From a virus (Duplodnaviria > Caudoviricetes), in the IMG/VR virus record IMGVR_UViG_3300032295_001524, positions 1-32,381 of that record: DNA of 32,381 nt, one strand, 5' to 3'. A program made the translations under genes and the position numbers. Below, piece after piece: positions 9,085-16,539 of this stretch. Position 1 is the stretch's first letter. Each line of letters opens with the position of its first letter. The notes below the pieces were generated by a model. It was not told the origin of the DNA. It worked only from the letters and a program-made list of their open reading frames with translations, and ran no database searches.

Positions 9085-9297
9085 CTATTTTTTATTGACA
9101 CCTTTTAAATATCCTTTAACTGATGAAATGGATATAAGTAAAAGCAGCAGCCAAAACATAAGCCAACTACCGCCATAATTTTTAAATATTAATAATATCA
9201 CAACAAGCTGTATAGCGTTCAAAAAACAGCGTATAACAGCACCTACCCAAAAATGTGGCGGTTGTGTATTAATCAAGTTTTGTATTTTCTTTATCAT
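9085..9297 (-). CDS. Small membrane protein
   Basis: Two hydrophobic helices; starts inside hairpin C. Confidence 0.5.
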   Translation of the reverse strand: MIKKIQNLINTQPPHFWVGAVIRCFLNAIQLVVILLIFKNYGGSWLMFWLLLLLISISSVKGYLKGVNKK

Positions 9298-9359
9298 TTG
9301 TTCTATTTTGAAAGTTTGTACTATTAATCCCCGCCTCGGGTAGCTGCATCACGTTATCC
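9231..9359. repeat. attC-like imperfect inverted repeat C
   Basis: GTATAAC-AGCACCTACCC...GGCGG / CCGCC-TC-GGGTAGCTGC...GTTATCC. Confidence 0.6.
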
Positions 9360-9548
9360 ATTTGCTATTCGTTCCACTTGAAACAAATGCCGCTCTCGCA
9401 CATTATACCAATGCTCTACACTCGGCAAATCATCCGGCATATTGGCGTAATCATACGGCTGGGCTTCTGGCATCTGTTCGGTATTTCCGAATAGTTTGCA
9501 ATCCTGCAACTGCCTTTCAATGCTTTTGGGTGTTTCTCGCTTTTTCAT
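9354..9548 (-). CDS. Hypothetical protein
   Basis: Likely start ATG 9548 (MKKRETPK), ATGA overlap with upstream gene. Confidence 0.6.
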   Translation of the reverse strand: MKKRETPKSIERQLQDCKLFGNTEQMPEAQPYDYANMPDDLPSVEHWYNVRERHLFQVERIANG

Positions 9549-9868
9549 CTTTGATATGGGTTTTCGTGTTTTTCTCCCCAAAACTGCGACCGGATGCGGT
9601 GCTGCTGCTCTGTATGCACCCTGTTTACCTTGAACTCTGCACTATCCCATTCGGGCTGCATCGCTACAATCAGGTTGCGTGTGATTAACTCCCGCCTAAT
9701 TTGGTTCATTGCCATATAAGCGGTCAAATCGTGGATGTCATACGCAGCAGCGTGAGCAGCTAATTGTGTGACGTATGCCTTAGCACCTGCAATATCACCG
9801 GCATCGAGCAAGGCCACCACTGGCAGCGGCCTTGCATCATATTGTTTGTCAAGTTCTTTATTCATCAC
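9545..9868 (-). CDS. Hypothetical protein
   Basis: 107 aa in the early operon. Confidence 0.65.
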   Translation of the reverse strand: MMNKELDKQYDARPLPVVALLDAGDIAGAKAYVTQLAAHAAAYDIHDLTAYMAMNQIRRELITRNLIVAMQPEWDSAEFKVNRVHTEQQHRIRSQFWGEKHENPYQR

Positions 9869-10332
9869 TTTTGGCTTAAAATAATCATGTCACGGTTACA
9901 CTTGCCGTCATTTATCCAAGTGACGAGTTTATCCAATTTTTCGTATGCCCAATCGGGGATGAACTTGCCCTCACATTCAATCATTACACGGGGGTAGTCA
10001 TACAGGCAGCGACCAAGACCGAACTGCACAGCAGCACGTTTCATTGCATCAGAGATACCACCCTTTTCCGGCTCGATGTTTGTCTTGCTGGCTCCGTCTT
10101 CCCGGTACACTTCCCGTTTATTTATGGTCACGGTAAGGCGGCAAAGAAAACCATTGCTGATTTCCCGAAACTCGGATGTCCAGTTCTCTGCACCAAAAGC
10201 AGCATCGAAGCGTGTCATTACACAGCGATTGTTTATGTACGGCACGACAATCAGTTTGCCCGTACTTGTTTGGCTCTGAATTCTCCATTCTACTTCGTTT
10301 GGCAGAATGGGTGCGGTTAGGGTGTTATTCAT
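9865..10332 (-). CDS. Rad52/Rad22-family (Sak-like) single-strand annealing protein
   Basis: EVEWRIQ, PYINNRCVMTRFD..FG.ENW, EKGGISDAMKRAAVQFGLGRCLY motifs. Confidence 0.85.
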   Translation of the reverse strand: MNNTLTAPILPNEVEWRIQSQTSTGKLIVVPYINNRCVMTRFDAAFGAENWTSEFREISNGFLCRLTVTINKREVYREDGASKTNIEPEKGGISDAMKRAAVQFGLGRCLYDYPRVMIECEGKFIPDWAYEKLDKLVTWINDGKCNRDMIILSQK

Positions 10333-10561
10333 AGCTGACACCCTCCTTGTCAAGTCCTAATTTGTACATGAATTTGGCATCCTGCAAAAATGCAATCAGC
10401 TCGTCAATCTTTTCAGCAGGAATGGCAACCCTTTCCTTTTCGTTGATGTTCGCCCAGGTAGCAGTGATGCTAACAATGTCGGTGAATGACGAGTAATAAA
10501 ACTCGTACTCGCAGGATGATACCCTGCCGTGTTTGGTTTTGTGTTCTAAATCGTGTTTCAT
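10325..10561 (-). CDS. Hypothetical protein
   Basis: ATG 10561 (MKHDLEHK) downstream of promoter. Confidence 0.6.
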   Translation of the reverse strand: MKHDLEHKTKHGRVSSCEYEFYYSSFTDIVSITATWANINEKERVAIPAEKIDELIAFLQDAKFMYKLGLDKEGVSYE

Positions 10562-10582
10562 ATTTGATTGATTTGTATGGTG

Positions 10583-10613
10583 CAAATATAGTATAGTTTT
10601 TTATATATGCAAA
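10583..10613 (-). promoter_or_regulatory. Bacteroidota sigma-A-type promoter
   Basis: TTTG-N19-TATATTTG. Confidence 0.8.
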
Positions 10614-10749
10614 CTTTTTTCAAGATTTTTTTTTGGCAATGGTTACAATCAACTCTTTGCTGTAAACTTCCGCATGGTATCCCTTTTTGCGATATCTTGC
10701 TAGCACCCTCTCGGCTTCGATGTTTGGCACGATGTCAAAAGATAGCATC

Positions 10750-10992
10750 TCACGCTTCCAATATACTATGGTCGTGTATAACTCCTCTCGCACGGCTGTT
10801 CACAAATTGATAGGCAACATCAATAATCTGCTGCTCCTTTTTGCTTTTGTATTTGCCCGGTGTGTTGAGGGCTTTAATAATCGTCGCATAACTGGCTATG
10901 TCCTCGCAGAACTTTACCACCGCCATTACATCACCCTTTTGCTTACAGGTTTGAAAATGATTTCGTTTCTCTTCGTATGTCATTTTTTGCAA
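10750..10992 (-). CDS. Hypothetical protein, possibly a small DNA-binding protein
   Basis: About 80 aa, basic and helical. Confidence 0.55.
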   Translation of the reverse strand: MQKMTYEEKRNHFQTCKQKGDVMAVVKFCEDIASYATIIKALNTPGKYKSKKEQQIIDVAYQFVNSRARGVIHDHSILEA

Positions 10993-11230
10993 TCTTTAAT
11001 AAAATTAAGTAACCGATTAAATCGTTTAGGGTATCTTCATCCACGCCATCCATTCCTGCACCACGTGCAATCCGGCTCAACTTGTCGTCAATGCGGACAA
11101 GTAACTGTTCCTGATTATCCGCCTTGCTGAAAACTCGCACCGGGTTAAGGGCGGAGTTTCCATACTTGGCATTTTTGTCAATCAGCAGTTGTTTGATGCT
11201 GTCGCAGGTGTTTTCAATTTTCTCTTTCAT
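10943..11230 (-). CDS. Nucleotide modification associated domain 1 (DUF1599-like) protein
   Basis: KNAKYGNS...VRIDDKLSRI...EDTLNDLIGYLIL signature. Confidence 0.75.
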   Translation of the reverse strand: MKEKIENTCDSIKQLLIDKNAKYGNSALNPVRVFSKADNQEQLLVRIDDKLSRIARGAGMDGVDEDTLNDLIGYLILLKIAKNDIRRETKSFSNL

Positions 11231-11232
11231 AC

Positions 11233-11511
11233 TTAAAACGGTAATCCAGTATCCTCATACTTTGCAGGTTCATCCGCAGTTGTTTTCGGCTTTTGCTCAA
11301 ATGTGTAAGCCTTTCCGCTTCCAACATAGGTTGGTTTTACTCCTGCTAATCTTGCCTCTTTGGTCTGGCTTAATTGCAGCGTGTGGGTTTCGCCATACTT
11401 GCCCTCGCTTTTGCGTTCGTTTAGTACCAATTTCAGGTACTTTTTACCGTTTTTGCCCTCGGTGATTAGTTCCTTTGGAACGTCAGTTAGGCAGATGTCA
11501 ATTACTATCAT
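11233..11511 (-). CDS. Putative single-stranded DNA-binding protein
   Basis: GKNGKKYL...KYGETH...YVGSGK core with acidic DTGLPF tail. Confidence 0.6.
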   Translation of the reverse strand: MIVIDICLTDVPKELITEGKNGKKYLKLVLNERKSEGKYGETHTLQLSQTKEARLAGVKPTYVGSGKAYTFEQKPKTTADEPAKYEDTGLPF

Positions 11512-11732
11512 ATTGCTTTTGCTTTGTTTAATTGTTTACGTTTGTAGATAAGGATATCCAGATGCATCACAGCATCAAAATGGGTGCGGAATAGCATAAG
11601 ATTATCCACGCAATCGGTGTACGTTCCAAATTCAGTGAGGAACTGGGCAGAAAAAAGCCGATACAACCGGATAGCAAAACCACCGTCTGGCAGTTCAACA
11701 ACGTGGGGCTTGAATGGATTAATCAGTTTCAT
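11508..11732 (-). CDS. Hypothetical protein
   Basis: MKLINPFKPHVVE...; start uncertain (11732 or 11759). Confidence 0.55.
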   Translation of the reverse strand: MKLINPFKPHVVELPDGGFAIRLYRLFSAQFLTEFGTYTDCVDNLMLFRTHFDAVMHLDILIYKRKQLNKAKAI

Positions 11733-11940
11733 TAATAGTTTCAATCTTATACCCATCAAATGAACTTAATGTATTTTCAATGTCAATCTCTTTGCTGTTT
11801 TTTTCAATTATGATATCTTCATAATTTACCGAAACATTATGAACGGTTGCATTAATCCAAACACCACCATCTTTTTCCATTTCATCAGGCAGCCAAATCC
11901 TAATTGATTTTTTTACAGGCCCTATTATTGTTTGTTTCAT
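11719..11940 (-). CDS. Hypothetical protein
   Basis: ATG 11940 lies 4 nt after TATATTTG. Confidence 0.55.
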   Translation of the reverse strand: MKQTIIGPVKKSIRIWLPDEMEKDGGVWINATVHNVSVNYEDIIIEKNSKEIDIENTLSSFDGYKIETINETD

Positions 11941-11944
11941 TGTG

Positions 11945-11975
11945 CAAATATACAAAATTAAACTTCATTCACAAA
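11945..11975 (-). promoter_or_regulatory. Bacteroidota sigma-A-type promoter
   Basis: TTTG-N19-TATATTTG. Confidence 0.7.
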
Positions 11976-12410
11976 CAACTCAAAGTTATTTTTTATGGTT
12001 TCAACACGGGCAGCGTAACGCCTGTCAATCTCGCAGAAATTGTCCACTAAATTAACCGCATGGATGACTGTGGAGTGGTCACGCCCACCGCAAATGTTGC
12101 CGATATCCCTTAGCGACATTGCTGTTTTGTAGCGGAGTAGCCACATAAATATCTGCCGGGGTTCCAGATACTCACGCTCACGGGTTTTGTGCGACACATG
12201 CGTTGGCAAATAGCCATGATACGCTGACCTTATTGCAAGGTGAGCGGCTTTGACTGCGGCATCCTCATTGGTGATGTTCATTTTTAGCATCCGTTCCAGT
12301 TCCTGTATGCGGATTTGCTGATGCCGGATTGTTTCTTTTAGCTGCGACACCTCGCTCATGCGGAAAGTGGTGCGGCTGTTTGTCTTTGGTGTTTTTATTT
12401 TTGCTCTCAT
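11958..12410 (-). CDS. DnaA C-terminal (domain IV) HTH-like protein
   Basis: PRQIFMWLLR...SLRDIGNICGGRDHSTVIHA matches the DnaA domain IV signature. Confidence 0.8.
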   Translation of the reverse strand: MRAKIKTPKTNSRTTFRMSEVSQLKETIRHQQIRIQELERMLKMNITNEDAAVKAAHLAIRSAYHGYLPTHVSHKTREREYLEPRQIFMWLLRYKTAMSLRDIGNICGGRDHSTVIHAVNLVDNFCEIDRRYAARVETIKNNFELFVNEV

Positions 12411-13356
12411 GTTCTATTATTTGAAAAAGTTGATATGCGATTTGTGGCACTATGGCGTTTCCATATCCTTTGATTGACTCGTTTCGCCACTTAGAAAAGG
12501 TAATTCCGTCCAGTTCGGTGGGAAGCCCATCATCTCCGCCACAAATCGGGGGTTGAGTTGGGAAGTTTTGCCAGTCCATTGGGGGTTGTCTTTTGCAATT
12601 GTCCTTGTTAAATTCATCTGTTTGAAATTGCCTGTTTTCACACCCTCTCCCGTATCCCTGTACTCTCCTGCTACTGGTGTCGGTAGTAAGCCCGTCACCC
12701 ATCCCGCGACCGTTTCTTCTAAATTCCCCTTGTTCCGCGTTGCCAATTTTACGCTGTTGAGGTCGCATCCATTGACCTGGTTCGCCCTCGGTGTCGGTAG
12801 CATTTTGGCTACCATTAACAAACTCGGACTGAAATCCTCCCTTCTCCCATTTTCGTTGTTCAATGTTGGAGTTGGTAGCAATAAACCAACATCTATCCCT
12901 GCGGTGGGGAGCGTTTTTGGCCGCAGCTGGAATAATAAACGGTTGAACTTCGTACCCTTCATTTTCCAAATCAACGCACACCTGCTCGAATACCAATCCG
13001 CCGTCAATGTTGACAATACCAAAGACATTTTCTGCAATGACCCATTTGGGTTTAATTTCACGTATTGCTCGAAGCATTTCATGCCAGAGGTAGCGTTCAT
13101 CACTTGTTCCTTTTCGTTTTCCGGCAAGTGAGAATGGTTGGCAGGGGAAGCCACCGGAAATAATGTCAACTGTTCCTTCATATTTTGTAAAATCTGTTTT
13201 GCAAATATCTGTGTGGCTGTCTGCTTCCGGCCAGTAGTATTCCAATACCTTGCGTGGGAACTCCATCCACTCACAATGGAATACGTTTTCCCATCCCATC
13301 CATTCGGCTGCAAGGTCAAACCCACCGATGCCTGAAAATAAACTGCCGTGTCTCAT
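12265..13356 (-). CDS. DNA cytosine-5 methyltransferase (alpha chain: motifs I-VIII and X)
   Basis: SLFSGIGG, GGFPCQPFS, ENV, PHRRDR, YGNAIVP. Confidence 0.9.
   Translation of the reverse strand: MRHGSLFSGIGGFDLAAEWMGWENVFHCEWMEFPRKVLEYYWPEADSHTDICKTDFTKYEGTVDIISGGFPCQPFSLAGKRKGTSDERYLWHEMLRAIREIKPKWVIAENVFGIVNIDGGLVFEQVCVDLENEGYEVQPFIIPAAAKNAPHRRDRCWFIATNSNIEQRKWEKGGFQSEFVNGSQNATDTEGEPGQWMRPQQRKIGNAEQGEFRRNGRGMGDGLTTDTSSRRVQGYGRGCENRQFQTDEFNKDNCKRQPPMDWQNFPTQPPICGGDDGLPTELDGITFSKWRNESIKGYGNAIVPQIAYQLFQIIEHESKNKNTKDKQPHHFPHERGVAAKRNNPASANPHTGTGTDAKNEHHQ
12450..13181 (-). CDS. Overlapping alternative-frame methyltransferase beta chain (TRD + motif IX)
   Basis: MKEQLTLF start, three LPTP repeats, LNPRFVAEMMGFPPNWT (motif IX-like, absent from the alpha frame). 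Confidence 0.7.
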   Translation of the reverse strand: MKEQLTLFPVASPANHSHLPENEKEQVMNATSGMKCFEQYVKLNPNGSLQKMSLVLSTLTADWYSSRCALIWKMKGTKFNRLLFQLRPKTLPTAGIDVGLLLPTPTLNNENGRREDFSPSLLMVAKMLPTPRANQVNGCDLNSVKLATRNKGNLEETVAGWVTGLLPTPVAGEYRDTGEGVKTGNFKQMNLTRTIAKDNPQWTGKTSQLNPRFVAEMMGFPPNWTELPFLSGETSQSKDMETP

Positions 13357-13360
13357 GGTG

Positions 13361-13391
13361 CAAATATAGTATATTTTTTTATATTTTCAAA
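13361..13391 (-). promoter_or_regulatory. Bacteroidota sigma-A-type promoter
   Basis: TTTG-N19-TATATTTG, ATG of MTase 4 nt downstream. Confidence 0.8.
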
Positions 13392-15015
13392 TTTCACGAT
13401 ACAACCCGGTTGGCACATCATATTGGAATAGCTGTGAACCAACCGCACCCCAATGGCTGAATTTTACTTTTTGCACGTGGACTTCCACGCTATTGTTTTG
13501 GAAATTCCGATACACCGTAATTCCGTTGTCCGTCTTATTGAAAAAGTTTGCTGAACCTGCGATGTCATAAAGTGTGGGAACTTCATAGATACCGCCATCC
13601 TTTTTCTGTATTTTGCGTGGGTGTGCCACCAAAAAGCAATGCACATTGTACCTCTCGCAGAAATTGACAATCTTGTCCAGAGATTGACCGATATATTTAG
13701 TTTCGCTTTCGCTGTACTGGTGTTCCAACTTGTTCCATGCATCAATGACAAACCAATCAATGTTCCTGCGGTTTTTAAGTTCGGCCACCTTTGACAAGAT
13801 GCTGTCCAGCGTGAAATCCTTTTCCGGCTTTACGAAGTAGATATTGTTTTCCAGCAGCATCAGGGCTTCATATACTTCCTCTTGGTTCATCCTATTGTGG
13901 CCCTGAAATGGTCGCTGTGTTATCTTCCGCATCAACTTGCTGATGTGCAGTTCAACTGGCCTGTTTTCAGGGCTGTAAAACGCACCTTTCCATCCGTGTT
14001 TTTGCAGTAACTTGATAAGGATATGGTCTAAAAAGTCCGATTTACCGTGACCGGGTACGCCAGTAATGGTTGTCAAATATCCCTTATGGAATTTCAGCAG
14101 GCTATCAAATCCGAGCATACCCGTTCCGCATCCCTCTGGCAATCCGTAATTGTAGAGATTTTCAATTTCTGGCAGGTAATCTGTAATGCTGAACACTCCG
14201 ACCATCGGAAACTCGGTTGCGTTATTGGCAGCATCACGCAAGGCAAATGCACCATTAAGCAAAAGATATTCGTTTGCATCTTTGCAGTCAGGAAATACAA
14301 TGTAATCGCATTTGTCTTTACCAAACCGCTCTGCAATGGCATTGCGTAATTCAATGCCGGGCGCATCGTTGTCAACTGCGATGTGTATCTTTTCAATGTG
14401 GTCAAACATCGGCATAAAGCGGTCAAAAAAAGTTAGGTTTGGCTGCGCCCCGTTTGGTACGCTGATAACATTTTCAATCCCTGCTTCAATCAGTGATAGT
14501 GCATCCATTTCTCCTTCAACTATCCAAACCTCTTTTGCGGTTGCAAGGCAGTCAATGTTATATGGGATGAGTTCCGCCCCTTTGTGCATCTTGAAATTCT
14601 TTGAGCCATCCCGATATTTTGTGTTTTTCAACACCCCACCCTCAAAGTAATTGAAGCAGATGCAATTGACTTCCTTGCTAACCTGCGGCATCCATTCGGA
14701 TTGTTCGGTGATTTGCATCTTATTCAGCGTGGCGGCTGTAATCCTGCGACCCTCAAACCATTTCAGCACCTTGTCGGACAGCGTGGTATTATTTTTCCAT
14801 TCTGGTACTTCGTATTTTACAACTTCCGGGCGGTCAATGATTGCGCCTTTCCACTGGCAGTGCTGACAATACCATGCTTTCTTATCAAGGTTTACAGATA
14901 GGCATTTGTCGGTTTTCTTTTTCCTTGTGTGGCTGCACTGTGGACAAAGTGTTTGAACTTCTCCTGATGTCTTGCCAGCAGGTATCTCGATATTGTGAAA
15001 TGAATATGTTAGCAT
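13387..15015 (-). CDS. Bifunctional primase-helicase (T7 gp4/Twinkle-like)
   Basis: CPQC...CQHC zinc-binding domain, TOPRIM VEGEMD / DND, SF4 Walker A TGVPGHGKS, VIDAW, LVAHP, DIAGS. Confidence 0.9.
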   Translation of the reverse strand: MLTYSFHNIEIPAGKTSGEVQTLCPQCSHTRKKKTDKCLSVNLDKKAWYCQHCQWKGAIIDRPEVVKYEVPEWKNNTTLSDKVLKWFEGRRITAATLNKMQITEQSEWMPQVSKEVNCICFNYFEGGVLKNTKYRDGSKNFKMHKGAELIPYNIDCLATAKEVWIVEGEMDALSLIEAGIENVISVPNGAQPNLTFFDRFMPMFDHIEKIHIAVDNDAPGIELRNAIAERFGKDKCDYIVFPDCKDANEYLLLNGAFALRDAANNATEFPMVGVFSITDYLPEIENLYNYGLPEGCGTGMLGFDSLLKFHKGYLTTITGVPGHGKSDFLDHILIKLLQKHGWKGAFYSPENRPVELHISKLMRKITQRPFQGHNRMNQEEVYEALMLLENNIYFVKPEKDFTLDSILSKVAELKNRRNIDWFVIDAWNKLEHQYSESETKYIGQSLDKIVNFCERYNVHCFLVAHPRKIQKKDGGIYEVPTLYDIAGSANFFNKTDNGITVYRNFQNNSVEVHVQKVKFSHWGAVGSQLFQYDVPTGLYREI

Positions 15016-15662
15016 ACGAAGTTTTTTAGGTGTTTAGGCAGAAGTCCTTTTTTGGGTTTATCTGCGAGCCATTTGCGAGCCGTCAAATATAGGTAAACAT
15101 ACTTTTTATTGTTTGCGAAATTTTGGATTTCATCAAGCGTTTCATCAATCTGTTCTTTTTCCCACCCATCGGCAATCAACTTGTCAAACTCCGCAGTTGT
15201 AATTTTCAAATGAGAGAAAGCTCTATATATATTTTCTTCTTTCTTTTCTTTCTTATCATTCTTAAATTCTTTAGTTGGTGTCATCTGCGTTTCATCTGCG
15301 TTTCGTTTGCGTTTCACTTGCGTTTCATCTGCGTGTCGCTCGTCTTGGTAACATTCATATTTACAAACAGTTAGCCGTGTCGAAACAGATATGTTTTCAA
15401 GTGTAATCATGCCGTCAGTTTCCAGCATACTCAAAAATCTACGTACCTTGCTTTTATCCGTGTTCCAGCGTTTTGCCCATGTATCAAGTGAATACACGCT
15501 TTGACCACGTTTACAATCGTACAAAGCACCCTTAATCAATACCTTTTTATCCTCAAAGTTTGCAGCAAGCAGGATGTCAATCCACCAATGCAGGTAGTTG
15601 CTATCTTGATATATCCAATGCTCGGAAAGTTTGCGGTGTATTTTTATCCAACCACCACTCAT
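15009..15662 (-). CDS. Replication initiator (lambda O-like)
   Basis: GWIKIHRKL N-terminus, RGQ...S...WA.RW winged helix, internal iterons, upstream of helicase. Confidence 0.8.
   Translation of the reverse strand: MSGGWIKIHRKLSEHWIYQDSNYLHWWIDILLAANFEDKKVLIKGALYDCKRGQSVYSLDTWAKRWNTDKSKVRRFLSMLETDGMITLENISVSTRLTVCKYECYQDERHADETQVKRKRNADETQMTPTKEFKNDKKEKKEENIYRAFSHLKITTAEFDKLIADGWEKEQIDETLDEIQNFANNKKYVYLYLTARKWLADKPKKGLLPKHLKNFVC
15279..15333. repeat. Five tandem 11-bp iterons (putative replication origin)
   Basis: tgtcatctgcg tttcatctgcg tttcgtttgcg tttcacttgcg tttcatctgcg next to an AT-rich tract inside the initiator gene. Confidence 0.75.
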
Positions 15663-15874
15663 TGCATTTGCCCTTTCATAAATAAACGCTTACATTCTGT
15701 GTAGTAAAGCTGCTGAAATCCTAATTTGTGCATCTCATACTTGTAAACAGGCAGATGCTCTTTGATTGTGCAGTTTTGCTTTTTGACTTCCAACTGGATG
15801 ATTTGATTTTCCAGTTCTTCCAGACACCGATTGCAAATGTCGGTCGGGATAGGTTTGGGTTTTGTGATATTCAT
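15659..15874 (-). CDS. Hypothetical protein
   Basis: Likely start ATG 15874 (MNITKPKP) just after the leader hairpin. Confidence 0.55.
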   Translation of the reverse strand: MNITKPKPIPTDICNRCLEELENQIIQLEVKKQNCTIKEHLPVYKYEMHKLGFQQLYYTECKRLFMKGQMQ

Positions 15875-15881
15875 AAATACA

Positions 15882-16009
15882 AAAGACCCCACGCTTTCAA
15901 AGGTAGAGCCGGCTGGAAGTGAGCCGCCTTTTACTTGCGTGAGGTCTTTCTGATTATGCTTTGTCATTTCTTCCAATTTTCGGCAGGGGCTCTAATCCTG
16001 TTAATCCGA
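15882..16009 (-). ncRNA. Structured 5' leader: two hairpins with complementary loop and bulge
   Basis: Begins 4 nt after TATATTTG; loop TAGAGCC is complementary to GGCTCTA in a long second hairpin followed by a U-rich tract. Confidence 0.5.
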
Positions 16010-16013
16010 TACG

Positions 16014-16044
16014 CAAATATACAAGTTACTTTTTACTTTGCAAA
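16014..16044 (-). promoter_or_regulatory. Bacteroidota sigma-A-type promoter
   Basis: TTTG-N19-TATATTTG. Confidence 0.75.
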
Positions 16045-16251
16045 ATTATTTTCAACAAATTTCTGCTGCTCTTGCTGGGCATCAGCGTAATCAATGCGGC
16101 TTTGAATGGTGATGTACCATTGCCATCCCTTTTCCCATTCTTTGAAGTCATCGGAGTTAAGTTCAAACGGATTTTCGCCTTCGGTAGCGAAGTAGTTGTA
16201 GTGCTTGGATGCATCCCAGCCCATTTCAAAAGGTGTTTTAGTGTTTTCCAT
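16033..16251 (-). CDS. Hypothetical protein (Rmf/CrpP-like pattern)
   Basis: G.DA...NPF......EW.KGW pattern. Confidence 0.55.
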   Translation of the reverse strand: MENTKTPFEMGWDASKHYNYFATEGENPFELNSDDFKEWEKGWQWYITIQSRIDYADAQQEQQKFVENNFAK

Positions 16252-16254
16252 GAT

Positions 16255-16437
16255 TTATATTATTCTTTTTTGTAATTGGTCGTAAAAGTTTCTTTCTTGT
16301 TGTGACTCAATAAAATAATCTGTGTCTGTATCTTTCCCAAGACTATCAAAATACTTTTTAGCAGAGTCAAAATCAGCAGCTTTGATAGTTTTTACTATTG
16401 TACCTGACTGAATTGATGTTAAATTATATTGTTCCAT
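16255..16437 (-). CDS. Hypothetical protein, first early gene
   Basis: ATG 16437 (MEQYNLTS) 4 nt after TATATTTG. Confidence 0.6.
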   Translation of the reverse strand: MEQYNLTSIQSGTIVKTIKAADFDSAKKYFDSLGKDTDTDYFIESQQERNFYDQLQKRII

Positions 16438-16441
16438 ACCG

Positions 16442-16474
16442 CAAATATAATATAGTTTTTTATATCTATGCAAG
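16442..16474 (-). promoter_or_regulatory. Leftward early promoter in the divergent control region
   Basis: CTTG-N21-TATATTTG in an AT-rich intergenic gap. Confidence 0.7.
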
Positions 16475-16539
16475 TATTTTAATAAAAAGTTTTCAACATT
16501 CTTAAAAATTATGGTAATTATTCCACAAACTTTGCATCC

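Noticed and set aside
12553-13131. 192-aa plus-strand ORF opposite the MTase
   Set aside because: Antisense shadow with no motifs or expression signals, in a region already dual-coding on the minus strand.
15279-15333. CRISPR array
   Set aside because: The repeats are contiguous 11-mers without spacers; iterons fit better. No CRISPR array was seen anywhere.
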